Of a stretch of 64,000 nt of DNA, positions 37,627-47,412 are shown in pieces; within the stretch, counting starts at the first letter, position 1, and every line of letters starts with the position of its first letter. Below the pieces are notes generated by a model that ran no database searches, was not told the DNA's origin, and saw nothing but the letters and a program-made list of their open reading frames with translations. The stretch lies in NCBI GenBank assembly GCA_030453295.1, contig JAKDKQ010000001.1, positions 4,355 through 68,354 on the forward strand, written 5' to 3'. The translations under genes were made by a program, and so were the position numbers. This DNA comes from Janibacter sp. (GTDB lineage Bacteria; Actinomycetota; Actinomycetes; Actinomycetales; Dermatophilaceae).

Positions 37627-37929
37627 ATGGACGCCACCCCGAACCGCATCGAGGTCCACCTGCCCACCCACGGCGAAGCCCGCGACACCGGCGGCCAGGA
37701 CTTCACCGCCCACACCGCCCGCTGGGTCGCGTTCACCGCCGACACAGGCTTCTGGCTGATCGTCTTCGTCGTCGGCTACGGGCACAACGCCGAACGTGAG
37801 TACCCATACTTCGTGGAGTCGCCGCACACCCGCGAACCGGTCCCCGCGTGGTTGCCGCGCCCGCCCGCGTGGTTCGGTAGCGCCGTCGACCAGCTGCGCG
37901 CCGCCTGCGCCAGCCCAGCCACCACCTGA
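37627..37929 (+). CDS. Hypothetical protein (100 aa)
   Basis: ATG 2 bp after the ParB stop; MDATPNRIEVHLP... Confidence 0.55.
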   Translation: MDATPNRIEVHLPTHGEARDTGGQDFTAHTARWVAFTADTGFWLIVFVVGYGHNAEREYPYFVESPHTREPVPAWLPRPPAWFGSAVDQLRAACASPATT

Positions 37930-37941
37930 GTTGTCCCCAAC

Positions 37942-37986
37942 CTACTGGGGGCGGAGTTCATCTGTGGAGAACTCCGCCCCCAGTAG
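37942..37986. promoter_or_regulatory. Perfect 18-bp inverted repeat overlapping a TAGAAT -10-like box upstream of DUF932
   Basis: CTACTGGGGGCGGAGTTC-N9-GAACTCCGCCCCCAGTAG; TAGAAT at 37984-37989. Confidence 0.65.
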
Positions 37987-38042
37987 AATAGAAAGCATAG
38001 ACTTAGGAACATCAGCACATCACCACGGGAGAGGAACCCGAC

Positions 38043-39047
38043 ATGGCACACCAGATCGAGACCCACGGAAACCGCGCCGCCGCCCTGTTCGCCCGAACGG
38101 ACCCGTGGCACCGGCTCGGCACGACCCTCGAGGGCGAGGCATTCACCGCCGAGCAGGCGATGACGATCGGCCACCTCGGTGGCTGGGACGTTCGCAAGGT
38201 GCCCCTGTCGGCGTCGGAGATCACCGCCGAGGGCGTGACGCAGCTCGACGTGCCGGGCTTCGCCACCGTCCGCACCAACCCGTTCACGCAGACCCCGGAG
38301 GCGCTGGGCGTGGTCGGCAGCGCGTACCACCCCCTGCAGAACGAGGACCATGCCGAGTTCCTCAACCGGCTGGCCGACGAGTCCGGCGCGATCTTCGACA
38401 CGGCGGGGTCACTGCGCGGAGGCCGTCAGGTCTTCGTGACCATGCGGCTTCCGGAGTCGCTGAACGTCGGCGGCAGCGACCGCGTCGACCTCAACATCGT
38501 GGCGCTGAACAGCCACGACGGATCGAGCGCATTCCGGCTGCTCGTCACACCGATTCGCGTGGTCTGCGCCAACACGCAGGCCGCCGCCCTGCGGTCGCAC
38601 AAGTCGAGCATCAGCATCCGGCACACGCGCAACGCCAAGGCCGCCGTGCAGGCAGCCCGGGAAGCCCTGGGCCTGACGTTCGCCTACGTCGAGGAGTTCG
38701 AGGCCGAGGCCGAGCGACTGATCAACACGACTATGACCGATGCCGGGTTCGCCGACCTGACCGCCCGCGTCTTCGGCACGGTCGACCGGGACGCGAGCAA
38801 GCGAGCCAAGACCGCCGAGCGTGAGCGTGTGGCCAGCTTGAGCCGCCTGTGGTTCGACGCGAACACCCAGGACGGCATCCGGCAGACCGCGTGGGCGGGC
38901 TACCAGTCGGTGGCCGAGTACGTCGACCACTTCGCCCCGGTGCGCGCCAAGTCCGGCAAGGCCGACGCGCGAGCCATGCGGCTGCTGACCAGCGACGAGC
39001 CGACCCGGATCAAGCACAAGGCGTGGTCCGCGCTCACCCCCGCCTGA
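38043..39047 (+). CDS. DUF932 family phage/plasmid protein
   Basis: MAHQIE...PWHRLG, YHPLQN, TAGSLRGGRQVF, NSHDGS, TPIRVVCANT, RHT, TAWAGYQSVAEYVDH. Confidence 0.88.
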   Translation: MAHQIETHGNRAAALFARTDPWHRLGTTLEGEAFTAEQAMTIGHLGGWDVRKVPLSASEITAEGVTQLDVPGFATVRTNPFTQTPEALGVVGSAYHPLQNEDHAEFLNRLADESGAIFDTAGSLRGGRQVFVTMRLPESLNVGGSDRVDLNIVALNSHDGSSAFRLLVTPIRVVCANTQAAALRSHKSSISIRHTRNAKAAVQAAREALGLTFAYVEEFEAEAERLINTTMTDAGFADLTARVFGTVDRDASKRAKTAERERVASLSRLWFDANTQDGIRQTAWAGYQSVAEYVDHFAPVRAKSGKADARAMRLLTSDEPTRIKHKAWSALTPA

Positions 39048-39060
39048 CACCACACAAGCC

Positions 39061-39108
39061 GCAGGGCCTCCCCTCGCGTGACGCCGACACCGCGAGCGGA
39101 GGCCCTGC
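39061..39108 (+). terminator. Stem-loop downstream of DUF932
   Basis: GCAGGGCCTCC...GGAGGCCCTGC arms with inner CTCGCG/CGCGAG pairing. Confidence 0.55.
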
Positions 39109-39279
39109 CAAGCCCCATCCGCGCGACACCGAAGGGAACCGCAGACGATTGCCTCTGCCGACTTGCGCGAGTGGGACGCCTCACCGACGCGGCCGCGCGG
39201 TGTGAGTGCGCAGCGCTCACCGTGCCCGTGGCCTAGACCCTGACGCTGTGGTGACACCCGTTCGTCCTCTCCCGGTGTG

Positions 39280-39786
39280 TCACCACAGCGTCAGCCGCTC
39301 CCCGTACAGCGCACGCAGCCGTGCTTGATCTGCTGCCACGAGCAGCGGGTCACGGCGTGCCAGGTCGCGCAACTCCCGGGCTCGCCGTCGGGACCCTCGC
39401 GGATCACCCAACGGCGAGCCGGTGATCTGTTTCCGGATGGCCCACTCGCGCCGGTTCTCGACGTAGGACGAGGCGACCACATGCTCGGGGTCGATGCGTT
39501 GGCACAGTGGGTTGTCACAGCGATGCCCCAGCACCTCAATCGCGGCCAGCGAGTCCACCCCGTGTTCCTTGGCCCAGGCGAATCTGTGCGCGACGACGAC
39601 TCGTCCGGGGGCGTACCAGAATCGGCCATGACCGCGTCCGCTGATCGCGCCCGTCCACCACAGACAGCCCGATCCCGGCACGCGGACCGTCTTGGCCCGC
39701 CACCTGTTAACGGTGTCCGGATCGGCCACCGACGCGGCCAGTTGCTCACGCCCCGCTGCGTCCAGCCGCCGCGCGGTCACGAACAA
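39280..39786 (-). CDS. HNH (His-Me finger)-like protein
   Basis: CLWWTGA...GHGRF...VAHRFAW...HRCDNPLCQRIDPEHV...EN. Confidence 0.65.
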   Translation of the reverse strand: MFVTARRLDAAGREQLAASVADPDTVNRWRAKTVRVPGSGCLWWTGAISGRGHGRFWYAPGRVVVAHRFAWAKEHGVDSLAAIEVLGHRCDNPLCQRIDPEHVVASSYVENRREWAIRKQITGSPLGDPRGSRRRARELRDLARRDPLLVAADQARLRALYGERLTLW

Positions 39787-39787
39787 C

Positions 39788-40174
39788 TCACGTCGGGCGC
39801 TCGGCCGAGTCCGCCCCGGCCTCCGCCGTCGTCACGGGCTCGCTCTTCTGCGTGTCGACCGCGCTTGCCTCGTCCGTGCCCTCCTCGTCCGCGCCGATCT
39901 TGCGCAGCCGCGCGGCCTCGACCCGGCTCAGCTGCGGCCCGCACCACTCCAGCGCCTCGCGCAGACTCAGCCCCTCATCATCGGTCATCTTCCGCAGCGT
40001 CGCGCCCGCGCGGGCATCGCACCGCTGCACCGTGGCGTCCCGCTCCTCCAGCGCCGTCATCAGGTCCACTCCCAGGCCACTGAGCCGCTTCTCCTTCTTC
40101 TTACGCTCATCCTTCATCTTGGCCTGCGCCTCCAGCGCCTTGCGCCGCGCCTCCTGCCGCACCGAACCAGCCAC
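39788..40174 (-). CDS. Small basic helical protein divergent from the relaxase (relaxosome accessory candidate)
   Basis: Coiled coil then HTH-like segment LSLREALEWCG...EAARL; position next to the probable oriT. Confidence 0.6.
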   Translation of the reverse strand: MAGSVRQEARRKALEAQAKMKDERKKKEKRLSGLGVDLMTALEERDATVQRCDARAGATLRKMTDDEGLSLREALEWCGPQLSRVEAARLRKIGADEEGTDEASAVDTQKSEPVTTAEAGADSAERPT

Positions 40175-40438
40175 TCCGACACACGTCCTTCACTCGTCTC
40201 CTGTACTTCCACCGACCAAAGCCGGCACCTACTCCCCTGACGTTCATTCAGTCCACGACGACCTACCGTCCCCCTTCGCCCGTTCGCTCACCGACCCCTT
40301 ACCAGTCCGCCTGTTCCTGCCATCGCACGTACCCCTGAAGTTCCACCCACTTCTCAAGTCGTACACACCTCATGCATTCCCGGTCGTTTCAGTTTCAATG
40401 ACTGACCGCCTGGGCGGATTCCGCGGCTTTCTCTAGGT
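40175..40438. other. Probable oriT region
   Basis: Non-coding, pyrimidine-skewed tract between the divergent accessory gene and the relaxase. The nic site was not identified. Confidence 0.5.
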
Positions 40439-43400
40439 GTGACGATGTCGATGCACAAGCTGACCGCGGGCAGCGGGTATGACTACCTGACCCGCCAGGT
40501 CGCGGCGCACGACAGCACCGAGAAGGGGCACACCGGCCTGACGAGCTACTACACCGAGCGCGGCGAGGCCCCGGGCATGTGGATCGGCTCCGGGATGCAC
40601 GACATCGACGGACTCGAGGCCGGCTCGGTCGTCACGGCAGAGCAGATGCAGGCGCTGTTCGGCTCGGGTCACCACCCCTTGGCCCAGGAGCGTCAAGACA
40701 GTCTTGCCGGGGCGGATCTGACCGAGCGGGATTACCGAGCGGTTGCTCGGTTGGGTGCGCCGTACAAGGTCTACTCCAACGACGTCTCCCCCTTCAGGGT
40801 GGAGGTCGCCCAGCGTCTGGGTGACTGGAACGAAGAGCGTGGTCATCCCCGTGACTGGGCCGTCCCGGTCGACGAGCGGGCCCGCATCCGCACCGAGGTG
40901 GCGACCGAGTTCTTCCGCACCGAGCACGGTCGCGATCCGGAGGATGCCCGGGAGGTCGCGGCGACCATCGCCAAGAACTCGCGGCCGAGGACCACCGCTG
41001 TCGCCGGTTACGACTTGACGTTCTCACCCGTGAAGAGCGTCAGTGCCTTGTGGGCGGTAGCGGATACGCAGACCGCTGCGCGGATCGAGCGGGCGCATCA
41101 GGCGGCGGTCAAGGACGCGCTGCGGTTCATCGAAGAGCACGCCCTGTACACCCGCACCGGCACCAACGGTGTGCGGCAACTCGAGGTTCGAGGTCTCGTG
41201 GCCACGGCGTTCACCCACCGTGACAGCCGGGCGGGTGATCCTGACCTGCACACCCACGTCGCGGTGGCGAACAAGGTCCAGACCGAGGACGGGCGGTGGC
41301 TCAGCATCGACGGCCGCGTGCTGTTCAAGGCGAACGTGACCGCCTCCGAGACCTACAACACCGCCTTGGAGAAGCACCTCGGCGATGACTTGGGCGTCCG
41401 GTTCGCAGAGCGTGCGAGCCCCGACGCACGCAAGCGCCCGGTGCGTGAGGTGGTCGGTGTCGACCCCCAGCTGAACGAGTGGTGGTCGGCGCGGCGGGCC
41501 AGCATCGAAGCGCGGCGCGGTGAGCTCGCGCAGCAGTTCCAACGCAGCCACGGCCGCCCACCGACGCCAGTCGAGTCGATCCGCCTGGCGCAGAAGGCCA
41601 CCTTGCAGACACGGGAGGCAAAGAAGGAGCCACGGACTCTGGAGGAACAGCGCCTGCTCTGGAATGACCAGGCCCGTCAGGTGTTGGGCGGCCCTGACAA
41701 GGTCCAGCAGATGGTGCAGGCCGCGCTGCACCCGACGGTCGACCTCGGCGCACGGGTCGGTTCGCGGTGGATGTCTCGGACCAGCTCGTCGATCATCCAG
41801 GCTGTTGAGTCGCGCCGCGGCACCTGGCAGGTCTGGCACGTGCGGGCAGAGGCTCAGCGTCGGGTGCGCGCCGCGGATGTGGCACCGGGAGACGTCGACG
41901 CGGTCGTGGATCGGCTCGTCGATAGGGCCCTCGGTCGGCACTCTGTCCGTCTCTCTCACCCCGGCGATGGCATCACGGAACCGAAGCAGTTGCGCCGAAA
42001 CAGGGACAACCACAGCGTCTACACGGTGCACGGCACCGCCCGCTACAGCTCGACCCGAGTCATGCAGGCCGAGAAGCGGATCGTCACGGCTGCGGGGCGT
42101 CGGGGTGGACGCACGGCCACCATCGAGGCCGTCGACTTGGCTCTGCTGGAGTCCACCGCCAACGGCGTCACCCTCAATGCCGGCCAGTCCGCTCTCGTGC
42201 GCGGCATGGCCACCTCCGGGGCCCGGCTCCAGCTGGCGATCGCGCCCGCCGGCGCGGGCAAGACCACCGCGATGCGGACCCTGTCCTTGGCATGGACTAA
42301 CTCCGGGGGCACGGTTTTGGGGCTCGCGCCCTCGGCTGCGGCCGCCGCCGCGCTGCGCGAGCAGATCGACACCTCCACTGACACGTTGGCGAAGCTGACC
42401 TGGGGGATCGAGCACGACGACCTACCGCAGTGGGCCCGGGACATCGGGCCCGAAACGCTCGTGGTCATCGACGAAGCAGGTATGGCCGACACCCTCTCGT
42501 TGGACAGCGCCGTGCAGTTCATCATCGACCGTGGCGCCAACGTGCGACTGATCGGTGACGACCAGCAACTGGCAGCGATCGGGGCCGGAGGAGTCCTGCG
42601 CGACATCGACGCCACCCACGGCTCACTGCGCTTGACCGAACTCATGCGCTTCGCCAACCCGGCCGAAGGAGCGGCCTCGTTGGCCCTGCGGGAAGGCCGC
42701 GTGGAGGCGCTGGGCTTCTACCTGGACAACAACCGGGCTCACGTCGGCGACTTGGCGACGCTGACCGAAGACGTGTTCGCGGGATGGCAGACCGACCGCT
42801 CCCGCGGACTGGACGCGATCATGCTGGCGCCTACCCGCGAGCTCGTGGCCGAGCTGAATCAGCGCGCCCGCTCTCACCGACTCGAGGGTGGCTCCCCAGG
42901 TCGGGAGGTAGCCCTCTCGGATGGCCTCAACGCCTCGGTCGGTGACCTCATCATCACCCGTGCCAATGACCGCCGGATGCGGATGAGCGCCACGGACTGG
43001 GTCAAAAATGGTGACCGCTGGAGGATCCTCGACGTCCACGACAGCGGTGCGCTCAGCGCCCAACACACCCAGAACGGGCACGTGGTCACCCTTCCCCGGG
43101 ACTACGTCGCTGAGTCCACTGAGCTCGGCTACGCGACCACCGTCCACGCCGCGCAGGGGGTCTCGGTCGACGCCATGCACGGCCTGGCCACAGGTGAAGA
43201 GTCGCGCCAGCAGGTCTACACCATGCTCACGCGAGGCCGCCTGTCCAACGACATCTATCTCGAGGTCGTCGGTGATGGCGACCCGCACAACGTCATCCGG
43301 CCTGACAACGTTGCCCCACCGACTGCGACCAACATCCTCGAGGGGATCCTCGCTCGGGATGACTCCCCGGTCTCGGCGACCACGCAGATGCGCCTCGATG

Positions 43401-46177
43401 CGCAGCCAGAGCAGCGACTCGGAGACGCCGCATCCCGGTATGTCGATGCCCTCTACTTCGCCGCCGAAGAGCGCATGGGACCCCGCGCGCAGACGCTGGA
43501 GCGCGTCGCGGAGCAGGTCGTCGAGGGGATCACCGACCAGGCGGCGTGGCCAGCCCTGCGGGCTCACTTGATCTTGCTCGACGCGCAGGGCGCTGACCCG
43601 CTGGAACGCCTCCAGGCCGCGGCCAAGGGGCGCACCCTGGCGACTGCCCATGACGCGGCAGCGGTCCTGGACTGGCGCTTGGACGGCTCGGGGTTGCGCA
43701 ATGCCGGCTCGGGACCGCTGCCGTGGGTGCCGCAGGTCCCAGACGGCCTCCAGAAGGACCCCACCTGGGGGCCCTATCTGGAGGCCAGGGCGGACTTGGT
43801 CCGTGGTCTGGCTGATCAAGTCCGCGAGAACGCGCGCACCCAGTCGGCGCCACCTGAGTGGGCCCGTCAGGGCGCCGCACGCCCGGCCGACGGCGTCTTG
43901 GGTGAGGTGCAGGTGTGGCGCGCCGCCATGCAGGTACCCCTTGAGGACCGGCGTCCTACCGGGCCCCCGACGATGCAGAAGGCACAAGCCACGTGGCAGC
44001 GCCACCTCAACGCCGCGATCGCCAGGGACCGCCAGCCCGCGCTGAAGGAGTGGGGCGGCTTTCTCCAGCAGTTCTCCCCCGACATGTCGCGGGATCCGTT
44101 TCTCCCGCTGCTCGCCGAGCGGGTCGCGGCGATGTCCCGCGCTGGCCTACCTGCCCGGAACCTGGTGCTCACTGCGGCGGCCTCCGGCTCACTCCCGGAC
44201 GACCACGCCGCGGGTGCCCTGTGGTGGCGCCTGAGCAGCCACACGTCAGCCTCGGCCGTCGATGAGACCCCAGCCGCCGACCCGCTGACACCCAGTTGGC
44301 TGCCGAGTCTGGTCGGGGCTGTCGGTGAGGAACGTGCCGCCGGAATGCGCGCGAGCAGCTCGTGGCCCTCTTTGGTGACCGCCGTGGAGCACAGCCTTCA
44401 GCGCGGGATGTCTGTCCCGGACGTGATGTTCACTGCGGCGCAGCCAGAGGCAGACCTCGACGAGTCCATGGCCATGATCTGGCGCCTGGCCGTGCTAGCC
44501 GACCCGCCACCCGACCTCGACGACGAGGACCTGCCGCACCCCGAGGATGAGCCTCCAGAGGATCTGTGGCACGGAACCACGCCGCCTGCCGACGCACCCA
44601 CCGAGCAGGAATGGCAGTACGGTCCTGCGCCGGGCGACAACGACACACCCTCCGGCGCGCCCGCCACCGGGCCGGAGGTCGACAAGCTCGACGTCGAGAC
44701 GGGCCTGAGCATGGCCGCGATGCACCGTGAAGTCATGGGTCCACTGGAGCCGAGCGACGCGGACGTCGAGGCCATGGTCAAGCGGTCGGTCGAGTGGGAC
44801 GGTTGTCCGGTCACGCGGGAGCGGATGCTGCAGATCAACGCCATGTCCCGCGCGTACTTCCAAGACCACTTCTCGGATGGCTGGGCGCGCGACTACCTCG
44901 CCGACCGCTTCGGTGTCGACCTGGCCGGCAGCCCCGAGGTGGCTCCCGGCTACGCTCCGGCCGGTTGGACGAATCTGGTGGAGCACCTGCGTTCCCACGG
45001 CGTCACCGATCAGGAGATGACCGCGACGGGTGTCGCCACCGTGGCCAGCACCGGCCGGCTGATCGACCGCTTCCGCGACCGCGCGATCCTTCCCATCACC
45101 GACCAGGGCGAGGTCCTCGGCTTCGTTGGCCGCCGGCACCCGTCGCTGACCGAGGAGGACCAGGCCGGCCCGAAGTACCTCAACACTGCGGACACTCCCC
45201 TGTTCCACAAGGGCGCTCAGCTCTACGGGCTCCACCCGCGGTTCAGCGAGTCTGGAGCGACACCCGTGCTGGTGGAAGGCCCCATGGACGCCATCGCGGT
45301 CACCGTGGCCAGCGACGGCGCCCACGTCGGGGTGGCCCCGTTGGGAACATCGCTGACCCAGGAGCAGGCCGCGCAGCTCGCAGCACTCGGTCAGACACCG
45401 ATCGTGGCTACCGATGGCGACCTGGCCGGTCGCGTCGCGGCCGAGCGGGACTTCTGGATGCTGGCACAACACAACCTCTCTCCGGACATGGCGACCTTCC
45501 CAGAAGGCTCAGACCCGGCCGACGTGCTCGCCCGCCGCGGCGAGTCCGCGCTGATGGGCACCTTGCAGCGCGCCCGGCCCTTGGCCGAGGTATTGATCGA
45601 GGAAAGGGTGACGAACCTGACGGGTGCGGCGGCCATGGACCAAGCCGTTCGCGTCGCGGCCGCCCAGTCACCCTCGCAGTGGGACCACTCGGCGCGCCTG
45701 ATCTCCGACCGGTTGGCCCTGGCCGAACCAGAGGTGCGCGGGGCGCTGGCCGAGCAGGCGTTGACGTGGAACCGCGACCCGCGCACGGCCGCGCGCGAGC
45801 AGCTGGACGGTGTGCGGGATGTGCGAGCCCGCTTGGAAGGCAGCAATGCTGCCTCGCCTGCTTCGCAGTGGGCCAGGCTTGGTGAGGAGCTCGACGCGCG
45901 TTTGACGACCCAGGGGGACTGGCCGGCGCTGGCCGCGATGCTCCATCAGGCTCATCTCGACGGGCACGACATCACCGCCATCGCCGGTCAGCTGGTGGCC
46001 GACCATCCCTTGGGCGAGCGACCCGCGCAGGACCTTCGCTACCGGCTCGCCGCCACGATCCCAGCCGAGGCTGCCACAACGCAGAGTCCCCACGACCGCG
46101 AGGTGTCCTCGGGGGCGCAGCACGAGCGCCGCAACCCGGCCCCGCGCCCAGCGCCCTCCTCAGCGCCTCGGCGGTAG
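40439..46177 (+). CDS. MobF (TrwC-like) relaxase-helicase fused to a DnaG-like TOPRIM primase domain
   Basis: KLTAGSGYDYL, YYT, DLTFSPVKSVS, HRDSRAGDPDLHTH; helicase APAGAGKT, IDEAGM, GYATTVHAAQG; primase DRFRDR, PKYLNT, LVEGPMD, TDGDLAG. Confidence 0.95.
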   Translation: MTMSMHKLTAGSGYDYLTRQVAAHDSTEKGHTGLTSYYTERGEAPGMWIGSGMHDIDGLEAGSVVTAEQMQALFGSGHHPLAQERQDSLAGADLTERDYRAVARLGAPYKVYSNDVSPFRVEVAQRLGDWNEERGHPRDWAVPVDERARIRTEVATEFFRTEHGRDPEDAREVAATIAKNSRPRTTAVAGYDLTFSPVKSVSALWAVADTQTAARIERAHQAAVKDALRFIEEHALYTRTGTNGVRQLEVRGLVATAFTHRDSRAGDPDLHTHVAVANKVQTEDGRWLSIDGRVLFKANVTASETYNTALEKHLGDDLGVRFAERASPDARKRPVREVVGVDPQLNEWWSARRASIEARRGELAQQFQRSHGRPPTPVESIRLAQKATLQTREAKKEPRTLEEQRLLWNDQARQVLGGPDKVQQMVQAALHPTVDLGARVGSRWMSRTSSSIIQAVESRRGTWQVWHVRAEAQRRVRAADVAPGDVDAVVDRLVDRALGRHSVRLSHPGDGITEPKQLRRNRDNHSVYTVHGTARYSSTRVMQAEKRIVTAAGRRGGRTATIEAVDLALLESTANGVTLNAGQSALVRGMATSGARLQLAIAPAGAGKTTAMRTLSLAWTNSGGTVLGLAPSAAAAAALREQIDTSTDTLAKLTWGIEHDDLPQWARDIGPETLVVIDEAGMADTLSLDSAVQFIIDRGANVRLIGDDQQLAAIGAGGVLRDIDATHGSLRLTELMRFANPAEGAASLALREGRVEALGFYLDNNRAHVGDLATLTEDVFAGWQTDRSRGLDAIMLAPTRELVAELNQRARSHRLEGGSPGREVALSDGLNASVGDLIITRANDRRMRMSATDWVKNGDRWRILDVHDSGALSAQHTQNGHVVTLPRDYVAESTELGYATTVHAAQGVSVDAMHGLATGEESRQQVYTMLTRGRLSNDIYLEVVGDGDPHNVIRPDNVAPPTATNILEGILARDDSPVSATTQMRLDAQPEQRLGDAASRYVDALYFAAEERMGPRAQTLERVAEQVVEGITDQAAWPALRAHLILLDAQGADPLERLQAAAKGRTLATAHDAAAVLDWRLDGSGLRNAGSGPLPWVPQVPDGLQKDPTWGPYLEARADLVRGLADQVRENARTQSAPPEWARQGAARPADGVLGEVQVWRAAMQVPLEDRRPTGPPTMQKAQATWQRHLNAAIARDRQPALKEWGGFLQQFSPDMSRDPFLPLLAERVAAMSRAGLPARNLVLTAAASGSLPDDHAAGALWWRLSSHTSASAVDETPAADPLTPSWLPSLVGAVGEERAAGMRASSSWPSLVTAVEHSLQRGMSVPDVMFTAAQPEADLDESMAMIWRLAVLADPPPDLDDEDLPHPEDEPPEDLWHGTTPPADAPTEQEWQYGPAPGDNDTPSGAPATGPEVDKLDVETGLSMAAMHREVMGPLEPSDADVEAMVKRSVEWDGCPVTRERMLQINAMSRAYFQDHFSDGWARDYLADRFGVDLAGSPEVAPGYAPAGWTNLVEHLRSHGVTDQEMTATGVATVASTGRLIDRFRDRAILPITDQGEVLGFVGRRHPSLTEEDQAGPKYLNTADTPLFHKGAQLYGLHPRFSESGATPVLVEGPMDAIAVTVASDGAHVGVAPLGTSLTQEQAAQLAALGQTPIVATDGDLAGRVAAERDFWMLAQHNLSPDMATFPEGSDPADVLARRGESALMGTLQRARPLAEVLIEERVTNLTGAAAMDQAVRVAAAQSPSQWDHSARLISDRLALAEPEVRGALAEQALTWNRDPRTAAREQLDGVRDVRARLEGSNAASPASQWARLGEELDARLTTQGDWPALAAMLHQAHLDGHDITAIAGQLVADHPLGERPAQDLRYRLAATIPAEAATTQSPHDREVSSGAQHERRNPAPRPAPSSAPRR

Positions 46178-46179
46178 CG

Positions 46180-46749
46180 TCAGCGGTCGGCGATGCCTTC
46201 GGTCACACCGCTTGCCGAGGCGGGTGGTGCGGCGACGGTTCGCAGCGATCCAGGGGCCCTCGTATAACGCACCAACTTCTTTCTGGAGAGTTCCAGCAGC
46301 AGCGCTTCGAGCGCGTAAGTGTTGACGCCAAGGGACTCGGCAAGTTTCCGCCACGGCGGCCCCTGGCCATGGATCTCCCAGTGGGTGTCGATGGCGGTGA
46401 GGACCTGACCGGGGTCCGTGATCACCGTTTCGACACGCTGCTGCCGTTTGCGTTCCTGCGTGGCCCGTCTGATCAGGAACAGTTCTTCGACCCGGTCGGC
46501 CGTGGGCAGCTGGTTCTGGGACACTAGGTGTGACGCGATCCGGTGCATGTGGCTGCCCTTGCGGTATCTGCCGACGAAGGGGGCCAGCGCCTCGATGCGC
46601 TCCTGGGTGGCGGGCTGGCTCAACGACTCCAGCCACATCGCGGCCAGTTCGCGGCGTCGATCCGAGCGGATCTTCGGTTTCGGGGGCCGGGCGGGTGCGC
46701 TCACCGCCACCACGTCGCCGTCGGGAAGCGTCACGTCGACCATCTTCAT
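46180..46749 (-). CDS. Hypothetical protein with C-terminal LexA-like wHTH
   Basis: HGQGPPWRKLAESLGV...LSRKKLVRYTRAPGSLR. Confidence 0.55.
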   Translation of the reverse strand: MKMVDVTLPDGDVVAVSAPARPPKPKIRSDRRRELAAMWLESLSQPATQERIEALAPFVGRYRKGSHMHRIASHLVSQNQLPTADRVEELFLIRRATQERKRQQRVETVITDPGQVLTAIDTHWEIHGQGPPWRKLAESLGVNTYALEALLLELSRKKLVRYTRAPGSLRTVAAPPASASGVTEGIADR

Positions 46750-46758
46750 GCCCGCAGG

Positions 46759-47412
46759 CTAGTCGAGCACCTCACCGGTCTGCGGGTCGATGTTGGGCGG
46801 CGTGGGTTCATCGACCACTCGTAACCGTGCGGTTGCGCTGGGTGAAGGACGCGGTTGCACGGTGTGCTCGTCGGCGAGGTACGCCGCGCTGCGGGTGCTC
46901 TGCGCCGTATCCGAGACGTGCCGGTGAAAGCGGCTACGGGCGGGCCATTCCTGGTGTCCGGTGTCGCAGCCGGTTTTGATCCGGGACCGCATTCGCTCCG
47001 TGAACGCTGGTAGGGCATAGCGATGCCATTCCTCGAGCGCGTCGCTGGTCAATGCTGTCCCAGCGCGACGTCGCAGGTCGGCGATGACGGCCACTTCGTG
47101 CACGATGTGCGGATGCTTGGGCCAGCATTCCGGGATGAACGCGCCGACGTCCCACGTGTACTCGAGGTTGAGCCAGGTGACTGCCGCTTCGAGCCACGCC
47201 CACACCTCGCGGCGCAACTGGGGTTGGGTGATGGACGGCGGGTCCCAAGGGCGGGGCAGGGCCCGAAGGTCGCCCAGTGCCTTGACCTGCTCCGGCGTCC
47301 CGTCCATCGCGATGTCGAGTTCTCGGAAGGCCTGGGTCAGCCCCGGCCCTGGTTTCGGGAAGGCCCGCGCAAGGGGAACGGACCGCGTCCCGGCCGTCTC
47401 GGCGGTGCTCAT
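46759..47412 (-). CDS. Conserved conjugative-element protein (DUF4913-like)
   Basis: VWAWLEAAVTWLN...IPECWPKHPHIVHE...WH; ATGA overlap with the coupling protein. Confidence 0.65.
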   Translation of the reverse strand: MSTAETAGTRSVPLARAFPKPGPGLTQAFRELDIAMDGTPEQVKALGDLRALPRPWDPPSITQPQLRREVWAWLEAAVTWLNLEYTWDVGAFIPECWPKHPHIVHEVAVIADLRRRAGTALTSDALEEWHRYALPAFTERMRSRIKTGCDTGHQEWPARSRFHRHVSDTAQSTRSAAYLADEHTVQPRPSPSATARLRVVDEPTPPNIDPQTGEVLD

